Shown here one piece after another: positions 53,701 through 64,000 of a stretch of 64,000 nt of DNA. Origin of the DNA: the human T2T-CHM13v2.0 reference genome, Homo sapiens; assembly GCF_009914755.1 (NCBI RefSeq), contig NC_060926.1; one strand, 5' to 3'. Under the pieces are notes generated by a model. That model was not told the origin of the DNA. It saw only the letters and a list, made by a program, of their open reading frames with translations, and did no database searches. How positions within the stretch are numbered: the first letter of the stretch is position 1; every line of letters starts with the position of its first letter. The position numbers and the translations under genes were made by a program.

Positions 53701-56700
53701 GATTGATAAACCCATGAAACATTCAAGCACTTAAAATGAAAACAAACAAAAAATGACTGTAGTTCCTGTCTCTCCCTCTTCTTATCTGTTTAACAATGGC
53801 TATGCATATTTCTTACTCCCTTTGAATCTGCTTTTTCCTTTTACAAAATATGTAAAATTATGTTTACTATACAGGATGGAGCAAATAAAGATAATTTATA
53901 TATGACTAGGTTTAGTGAGCTGCAGTATGAATACATATACACATATACAACCACCTTTATTTGTTGAGCTAAATTAATTTAATGACAAGAGTCATTGCTA
54001 TAATAAACTAGCATAAGTCAATAAATATTTTCTATTGACAATGAGTGTGTAAGTATAAACTGTACTCATAAATCTCTTAATAATTATCATAGTAGAAACC
54101 TGTTTTCCATCCTGAACAACCATTTGAACCTTCTTCTAGCAGGAGACCATGAATTTATTTTGAAAAATGATCTCTTTCTCATTGAATACAGTAGTGATAA
54201 AACCATTTATGAAGATATTCCACCTCTTGGCTAGTGTTAGACACATAATCTAAGTTTGACCAGTGAGACACGCTACCAGAAACTTTAGCATTGAACAGTA
54301 ATTTAAAACAAAACAAGACCCCCTCAAACCTGAAAATAATTGGAATTTCTATGTTTCCAAACTATTGCCCTGAAGAGATTGACCTTTATTTCCTGATACT
54401 TGAATCCTCGGCTCTGGCTTTGATAATTTTTTTCCTGTGTTTTCTAATCCCTGGCTTTTCAGCGATTCATCCTCAATTGTGTGAGCCATTTCAAGTTTTC
54501 CCCATATATTTCATTTTCAGTTAATTACTAAATTGTTACTTGGCACCAAAGAAGGCACTTGATACAATTATTCTTTTAAATAAAAATCTAATTTATCTCC
54601 AGCTTATAGATACATACTTTTTCTACTGTTTACAGCATTAATCAGTTGGGCACACTATGTCAAGTTTGTTTCCTCCAAGTTTTGGGTGCATAAATAAGCA
54701 AGCTCTAGGTAATCATTGAGTCAAAAACATGAATAAAGGTATAGAAATTCAGAATTAATTTCTACCTTAGCTTTGCTATACTTTCCATCTCCTCTTATTT
54801 TCTACCACTTGAAATTTACCTTTCTGTGGGAAAAAAAGTTGGATAAGAGAAAATGTAGAACTGTAGCTGTGTTCCACTTAGGAATTTGACACTACCTAGA
54901 AGATGGAGATAAATAGTTCATCCAACGTAATGCATCTCATTGATACAAGTTTTGATTGTGCTAGTGATCCTAGGCTGTGTGTAAGCCCCTGTCAACATAG
55001 TAATTTGTCCTGTGCAGAATATTTCTCATTGTATGCTCTGAGAAGAGGCAGATGACTTAAAGATGAATAAAAGGAAGATACTTTAAGTTATCAAGCAGTC
55101 CTTGGGATGAAAGAAAGTATAACTATCCCTTAATTTTATTGATAATGCAGAGAAAGTAACCATATCCAATATAATCTTAAGTAGATGTCAGTATTTTTAA
55201 CCAATGTTTCCTTGCAAAAATGGTGATTAGGAAACAAAGGTAGTTTGTAGCCACATACTAACACTATCATGTAAACTGTGAAAACTGTAAAGTTGTATTT
55301 AATCATTGAATTAATAACTACTTTTTAAGATATGCTTTAAACGGGGTTCCAGTAGAATAATTGATTTAAGTTCCTTCCAGTATTATAAGAAATATAACTG
55401 ACTTTTCAAATGTTTCAATTGTGGAGACTTAAATAATCCAAGTTGAGAAAATAATTGTCAGTCTTCTTTTTAACATGCTTAGAGAGGTATTTTTCAATAA
55501 AAAGAAATATTTTCACGCTAGGGCAGTTACCTCTATTTCTCTGTATTTTCCAGAGTGTCTGATGATACAGTGTAGACTATTGGTAGATGTTCACATCTAT
55601 TTTTTCACCAGTCTTGTCAATGTACTGAATGGAAAGGTCTGTGTGAAGTTACTTTGATTCCATCTACACAGGACTTTCAGAGTAATCCTTTAAGGAAAAC
55701 TATAGGATGCTGAATAGCAAATAGAGATAACTTCAGAATGCTGCATTTTCTTTCTAAAACTTCTTTTCTTTTTCTTTGAAAATGAGAAAATACCAACCTT
55801 GAACATACATTTTATTGAATGTTTATACATCTATGGTTATGAAAGCAAGAACTATTAAAAGGTACCTCATACTGTTCCTTACAAAGAAACTTTTGGATAT
55901 CTTATAAGATACTATTTAAACTCATTGAAAACATTCCCAACAGAGGAAGTTGAGGAGGGCCTATAAAGAATGATCGGGAAGTACTGTCCTGAAATGTAAT
56001 TTATTATGCATAATTTGAAGATGGCAAATCACCACATGTAGCACACCAGGCCTACTGGCTTCACAGCACTTGGAAGGTACATGGCATCCTTAACATTTAT
56101 TTTTGGTGCTGTTAGTATAAAACTGCAGTTTAGCTTCTCAGTTTTTTTTCCCAGTAAGTCAAGGTAGGATTGCTTGTCAAAATGTACCATGGATGAGGAT
56201 GAAACAGTAGCAAACCAGTTAGATAAATGGATTAATATACATAATCACTTAAGCATTTTATCACTTGTCAGCAATTTAAACTAATATTTTATATTTGGCA
56301 TATGATATTGTATCCAAATGCAAGGAAAAAACCACTAGCTTTATTTGCACCAAGTGACTTTTATTTACCCATAGTACTAATCAAAGTCTTAGTATATTTT
56401 TCTAAATAGCTATTTGTTTTGAGATGCCAATTAATTTCAAGTGTGAATATTACATGTAGAAATTACATTGTTAGAACCTACTTCAAAACTCAGCCATACA
56501 CTTATCTTTAGTATAAAGTCTGAGCTATTGTAGTAAGCATTTTCTATACAATTGCCAGTAAGACACCTTCCATTTCCATAAGACCAGTATTGAACGTATA
56601 TTGTAAAACATTAACAGTCTATTTTTATTTAACTGTTAAGGAGACCTTGTTAAGAGTGTAGATATATTTTCTGAAATTTGTCAACGATTCCACTTATTTT

Positions 56701-58134
56701 TGAACTAGGAAGGTTAAAGTAAAATAAAGAATGTTACTACAAAAGAGAGTCTTAGCTCTTTCTACATTAGACTTTTAGTCCCATGAAAATTACTTGCATC
56801 TTTAGGTCAGTTATTTATTCATTTATTCTGAAAATTAAAAAGATAGTCATAAAACAATGCCTTAAGTTTGGGACACATACCTGTTTTGAAATATAAATGA
56901 AATAGTTGGTTATACTATTGAATAATTGCTTATTCCCTACTTAACAAGAGAAATATTGAGAAAGTATTTTTAAGCTGATTTCATATTATATATGAACCTT
57001 CCCCTTTTTGGGGAAAATATATTATAATTTTAAATTATGTCATCAAAATCCAAGGAGTTATGCAAAAGTGTCTTAGAAACATAGGAAAGCACTCATGTTT
57101 GAAAAACATGTCAAAGATTGTAATTTTTTTTTTTGTCTTTGAGGTATATTTTGATGCATTTTGAAAGCTAAATGATTGTAGCAAAATAAAGCTGAGTTTT
57201 CACTGTTTACAAACATCATTCCCCGGACTTCAAAGTATGAGATTGACATATTGTAAATAATAATTCAGCACAGCCCTGCTTCCCATAAATTAGCATTTAA
57301 AATGTAACTTTGAAGAAAGGAAGCATTTTAGACATGACTGACTCTTTAAGGGCACATGGCCACAATTTCTAAGATGGAAGAGGTTTCTTAAGGTGAATAG
57401 ACATAATAGAAGATTCATAGTTTTGGGCCCTCCTGGCCTTCATAGTCTTTGAATAAGTCTCACTGAACCTCATTTTCTGAATTTATAAACTAGAGTTTAT
57501 CTGTAGATAGAAAAGTCTGAGATCTTTGAGCAGAAGTCAAATAAAATGTGCCATGGGACAGAGAAGAATTATTATTCAGAGAAAATCTTATATTTTTCAC
57601 ATTGCCATTTATCTTTCTCTTCCTTCAATTGATAAGTAACAGAAAGCAGGGGAAATGTTGTTTTCAGCATACAGATGATGTTATTTTGTTGGTGCTAAAT
57701 TTCTCTTGGCTGTTGGTCCTCTTAATTCTTTTTATTTCTCTCCATTATGTTTCTTACCAAGCAATACAGTGTTAGAAGCCACAGAGGACTATACTTATTA
57801 TTTTAAAGTTGTATAACGTTGTTTATAGTAATAAATGTGCATGCATGTGGTTAAAAAGCCAGAGCTAAATACGAATTCCTCAAAACAGCAAATCTGTAAA
57901 GACTGTCAAGATATAGTCTTGCTGTGTAAAAATGGTCTTAACTTTATCTTTCTTTAAAAATCACCTGAAACACCTATGGGAATTGCAAATGTGCAATTCC
58001 TATGACCCGTGATTCCACTTCTGGGAATCTACCCTACAAAAAATAGAGTAGATTCCAAGATCTTTGTTTCAGACTGATGAGCAATAGTAAAATATTGTAA
58101 AGGATCTAATATCCACCAATAAAGAAATAAATCA

Positions 58135-58428
<294 letters not shown>

Positions 58429-58445
58429 GGAATCAATAAAAAGTG

Positions 58446-58480
<35 letters not shown>

Positions 58481-58481
58481 T
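58446..58481. repeat. (TA)n(CA)n microsatellite
   Basis: Direct reading. Confidence 0.95.
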
Positions 58482-58643
58482 AAATATTAATGAAATCTAC
58501 AAACTCATAACAATTAACTATATAGATCAGTGTGGAAACGTGTTTAAAATGTTATGGAGTGAAAACAGTGAATTGTAGAAAATGGTTACCCTTTATACAA
58601 ATTTTAGAAATACATTTAAGTGTAGATTACTCTGTATGGATTT

Positions 58644-58670
<27 letters not shown>
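58644..58670. repeat. (CA)n microsatellite
   Basis: Direct reading. Confidence 0.95.
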
Positions 58671-58674
<4 letters not shown>

Positions 58675-58854
58675 GTTTTAAGAAAAGGGTGGAAAAACAA
58701 ATCATAAATATATAATGAAAACTTCTAAACAGGAGTCAAAATTGAATTTGAAGGCGGTAGTCAAGTAAGTTTTACTTTTGCTGCCTGCTAACAATTTCTA
58801 GAAGCAACATATTCATGTAATTCTTGTATGATTTTAATAGGTATAATGTAGAAT

Positions 58855-59285
58855 TATATGTGACTGCCTGTGACATAAAATCAGACATTACATGGCTTAA
58901 AGAAGGTAGAAGCTAATTTCTCTATCACGTGAAAAGACGTAGGTTACCAGGGCTGGTATGGTGACATTATGGTGTCATCAGGGACCCAGCCATTTAATTT
59001 CTTCTCTGCCATTCTCAGAATCCTTATTTAACTCATAATTCAAAATGGTCATTGGAGGTCTCATTGTAATTTCTACATTCTAAACCAGGAATAAGAGACA
59101 GAAACCATAAAGATATATCTCCATCCATATTACAACTATGTACAAACCTTCATTTCCATCTCATTAGCCAGATTTAATCATCTGGTCTCCTCCATGCTAG
59201 GGCTTGTGGAGATGTGTGACATTCTAGCTGGTCAGATAAGACACAGAGAGAGAATGGGCATAGGAAAGCAATTATATTCCTAGTT
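58855..59285 (-). mobile_element. LTR33-type (ERVL) solo LTR
   Basis: tggcttaaa...ccagggctggtatggtg...catcagggacccag...tctcattagccaga...attctagctgg resembles LTR33. Confidence 0.6.
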
Positions 59286-59291
59286 AAAGAA

Positions 59292-59345
59292 AGATAGAAA
59301 TCAATAGATGGATAGATGATAGACAGATGATAGATAATAGATAAG
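59292..59345. repeat. (TAGA)n degenerate repeat
   Basis: tagatggatagatgatagacagatgatagataatagata. Confidence 0.8.
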
Positions 59346-61987
59346 GATATACATGCAAAAGTGAACAGTAGTTAAATTTGTGTGGGGAAATATGGATGAT
59401 TATATTTCTTTATATTTTTTATATTTAAGATATTCTCTTCTACTTCAAAAGATATTAAATTTGGTATTTTTTTAAAAAAAGAATTACCAGTCCAACCTTG
59501 TTTACAACATTTCACTTACAAAATGTAGATAATATGACCACCTACTATGTATTCCAGAGAAAGTTTTCAGAGAGTCACAGGGGCTTGCAGCAGGAAGCTG
59601 TCTGTGACCACCGAATGCCAAGGAGTGGTGGACAGTGACCAACAGTAAATGCTACGGATGTCTTGAGTTCCAAAAGGTGCCTCCAATTAAGGCTGTCTTC
59701 TAGGTGTTTCTTTGATTTACATTCCTTTTGAATTTGATGAGCGGGGGAATAGTTACTGTGGCTGAAGAATGCATACTTAAAATTTAAGTCATAGAGTAGA
59801 TATGATTTAATTAGTTCTAACTGGTCTTACAGCACGTGGTGAAGAGGAAAGTTTAACATTTCTAAAATTTGTTATTCAGGTGCCATTTCCAGGGGAATTT
59901 TAGTACATTATTTTGAGCATTAATGAGTGGTGACACTGAGAGAGGGCAATTAGAGCACCACTGGGGATAACCGTGTTTCTCTGAAGCCATTTCTCTAGGG
60001 TATATAAGCAGATGGATGGATGGTTGTAAAATCCAGAATCTCATCTCTTCAGTTTCTCCTCTTGTCCCCCAAATACTTCAGGGAAAAGTTAAAAATATAC
60101 ATTGGGATTCTGGATTACTTTTAAATCCTGTTTTTTTGAGAGGTGTTTTTGCTTTAGATGTCTCTCTCGCTTCTCTCTCTCTCTTTCTCTCTCTAACCCT
60201 CTTCTTCCCTCTCTCCCTCCCCCATCCCCCATCCCTGCTTTATCCCTTTCAAATAAACTAGAAATTATAGTTAGAGCTAAGCACATTTCCCATCAAATAT
60301 ACTTCCCCACTCTCCTGAAGTTTGTCATACCAGAAAAAAGTATATTTTTTTACACAAAAATAAAGTTAACAAACCTATCCGTTTTCAATGTTATTTTTTT
60401 CACTAATTATACTTTGCAAATGCATCTATGTTTATACATGTAGCTACAGCTAGACTATTTGATTTGATTGCTGTTCTTTATTTTGTTAAAAAATGTGTTA
60501 CTATTTGTCTCTTTCCTGAAATTAGTATATGTAAAATTTGCAGTCTTATCATAAATATTTATGTATGTGTTCTAGTACCCTTTATTGAGCCAGACTCTTG
60601 TTTACTATTAGATAGATTATATAATTGAAAATTTGGCATTCTTACAGTAATAGATTTTGACAGCTTTTCAACTATAGTGATATTGTGTAATTAGGATGCT
60701 TTTAGATCTATATGTTGGTGAGGAACCTCACTACAATTTTGCATAATATTTCTGAATTTGATCAATGATACCTTCCATTCTCTTACACAAATATTCCATT
60801 ATTACATGAATGCTCCCTGTTATTTATAGTCAAAGCCTAGTTTATTGATCCAATGTAGCATGTTGTGTTTTCTTTCCAAGGTCATCTATCTTGATCACTT
60901 GAATGAGCATATTTAAATGAGTTTGAGGTGGCAGAGTTAGTATATACTATTCTAAATGTAGAAATATAGGGCATGACCTTCTACAAAACAATATAATCCA
61001 TTTTACTAGGCAATATTAACTCAAGACATTTACCTGAATAAAATAAATATGTCTTGTTGATACACAGAAACAATAGTATACTCAAACTGTTAAATTTTAT
61101 ATAATCAAATAAAAAACAGGACAATTGTTAAGTAGCAATATGACATCTAGCAATTTAGCCAACTAGCTAAGAAAAGTCTCAAAAATTTTAACTGAAATGC
61201 AGATATATGTATATTTTAAACTAAATATGTTAAATAACAAGTTGAAAATTAGTCAATATAATCCTGGTTTTAAAATGAGCGATCTGGAGATATTGAATCC
61301 AAATAACTTTCATGAAATATTGATTTAAAACACTTATTGAACTCTCTGTAAATACATATGCAATGCTTAATTACATAGTGGGAAAATACAAAAGAAATAA
61401 GAGATATATTATAGGCCCAGAAGGAATCTATGATAAATATGAACACATAATGAACTAACACAATATATTCATCAAGTATGCACTGACATTACAAAAACCC
61501 GGTAAAATTTTCTGTTACACTGATTTATTGGTATTAGCTCCTTTATCTGAAGTAATTTCTAACTAACTGAAGTACTGAAATGGAGATTATGTTTAATGTA
61601 AGCGTTTTAATATAAGCCATATACAAAAGAAAACATACTTCCTAAACAGAACATATTCTGCACAATTTTACTTTCTTATTATATTTGCTGTAATGAAATA
61701 ACTTTTCTTCCTCCTTTTATGATTTTAATGCATCTGCTCTTATTTCCCCATCACAAGGGGTGCTGAGGACAAACTGCCGGAGTGTGTTCCCTACACTGTG
61801 CCACACAGAGGTGAAGATGTTAAAACGCATTACATTGAAGGGTGGAGCTTTTTAGAACTAATTACCCGTGGTTCAAAAAGTTGGGGAAGCAATAAAGCAC
61901 AATTAAATAGCTATACTTGCTTTAGAATCCTTCACAGCTTTGAATATTAAAATCTTCAAGATGAATATTGTTTGAAATATTTCACCA

Positions 61988-62326
<339 letters not shown>

Positions 62327-62559
62327 TCATAAAATGCCTGTTGGTATCTCGAAGGCACTGGTGTTCCAGAAAATGCAATTTGGGAAACATTCTGCTTGCC
62401 CCCACTTATGCACATGTGATTTATCTCACCAATTTGACTCATATGTGTGTAAGCATCTTTAAATCAAGAAAAAAAAGTAGACCACCAGAGTTACTGGTAT
62501 TCAGAAAAAGAACCATTTAGAGTAAGCCTATTTAGCTCCATCTTTTTAGTCTGAAGGTG

Positions 62560-62815
62560 TGGTAATAACAGCTAACACTGAGGTGGTAGTTATAATGCTC
62601 CAGACTCATACTAAGAGATGTATGAGTATTAAAACTAATGTAATAATCAAAACCATCTTTTGAAATGGATTTTGTAATTATTCCTATTGTAGTGATAGGG
62701 TCACTGAGGCACAGAGATGTTTAGTGACTTGCAAAAGTTCACACAGCTAGTAAGTGATGGAACCAAGTTTCCAATCCAGGCAGTCTGTCCTCAGAATCCA
62801 TGTGCTTTACTCCTA
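62560..62815 (-). mobile_element. MIR SINE
   Basis: actgaggcacagagatgtttagtgacttgc...cacagctagtaagtgatggaacc...tccaggcagtctg. Confidence 0.85.
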
Positions 62816-62841
62816 CTTCTTCTCTTAAGAATGACTAGAGA

Positions 62842-63157
62842 GGCCGGGTGCAGTGACTCACATCTGTAATTTCAGCACTTTGAGGGGCTGAGGTGGGAGG
62901 ATCACTTGACCTCAGGAGTTCTAGACTGGGCTGGAGAACATAGCAAGACCTTGCCTCTACAAAAAAATCCAAAAATAAATTAGCCAGACATGATGGTGCA
63001 TGCATTTGGTCCCAGCCACTTGAGAGGCTGAGGAGGAAGAATGGCTTGAGCATGGGAGGTCAAGGTTGCAGTGAACCAAGATTGTGGCACTGCACTCCAG
63101 CCTGGGCAACAGAGCAAGATCCTGTTTCAAAAACAAACAAACAAACAAACAAAAAAC
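62842..63157 (+). mobile_element. AluJ with (AAAC)n tail
   Basis: J diagnostics gggaggatcacttga, catagcaagacc, gaggtcaaggttgcagtga. Confidence 0.9.
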
Positions 63158-63854
63158 AAAATGATTACAGACTTATTCAGAAGCTTTTGAGGACACTGGG
63201 TTGGCTTTAAGAGCACCTGTGAAGAGGTAATAATGACAACATATGATTTATTGGTCATCTATGGATAAGCGTTAGCTGTTGGGCAAAATATTTTACAAAT
63301 TGTCTTGTTTAATCCTCATACCAACTCTCTAGCTCAGGTACAGAAAATAAAGAAAAGAGTTCAGAGAGACATACAGTTTATTTTTAGTATGTAGTGCCTC
63401 CCTGTGTGTGGGGGCATCTTTTCTGCTTCTTCAGCCAGCACCTTGCTTTTCAGTTGCTATTTGCTAAACCTCAGCCAACATAGTACCATTTATTTAAGAT
63501 TGTTTAGAAAATATTCCTCTGAGGGGTACTTCCAATTTGGTAGTGGCCTCCTGAAAACCATAAACTTTCTATGGTCCAAAGAAATCAAGCTATAATGGGC
63601 TCAGAAGGGAAGAAGAGAGAGGAGTACATTCACTGAGGTTAATAGATTGGGGAAGGGGCAGGAACACCCTTTAAAATCACAGTTTAGGTAGCTTTATTTT
63701 GTTCTTTTCCAGTTAATGTGTTGCCAGGGCTGTAATGAGACAATAAACAATCTAACAAAGGAGACAGTAAAAACATTTTCTATTTTTTGATTTTGTTTCT
63801 CCTCTTATTTCCCAAGAAGGAAGAATAGAATTGTATTGTAATATTCTGCCCCCA

Positions 63855-63942
63855 ATATATGTATAATATATGTATAATATATGTATATGTGTGCATTTAT
63901 GTGTTTGTGTGTGTGTATGTGTGTGTGTGTATATATATATAT
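63855..63942. repeat. (TA)/(TG) compound low-complexity repeat
   Basis: Direct reading. Confidence 0.85.
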
Positions 63943-64000
63943 TTTCCAGTTAAGTAGGTATTGTTTCTGTAATTTACAAATTAGAAAACAGAGACTCATT

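Overview
AT-rich primate (catarrhine/hominoid-type) nuclear DNA with no recognisable host protein-coding exon; over half is interspersed repeat. From left to right: (1) a SATR1/SATR2-type ~75-bp satellite block in inverted arms around an AT-rich palindromic spacer, ending in a fold-back hairpin (1-3745); (2) a full-length L1PA3-type LINE-1 with a perfect 16-bp TSD, open ORF1 and an ORF2 broken by one stop codon (8137-14169); (3) an old L1M carrying nested L1MA, Alu and a twin-primed L1PA (14570-23880); (4) a complete THE1A MaLR (27225-29498); (5) a deleted, mosaic HERV9/LTR12 provirus inserted into an AluSc inside an L1M (43605-49970); plus MIR, L2, LTR33 and Alu copies and microsatellites. 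The most interesting signals are two perfect tandem primer-binding sites (tRNA-Lys then tRNA-Arg) in the provirus, an apparently duplicated and very degenerate Gypsy sushi-ichi/RTL1-like pol relic in otherwise unique-looking DNA, and the element-like inverted architecture of the SATR block. Subfamily names and reference motifs come from recalled consensus sequences, not from a search.
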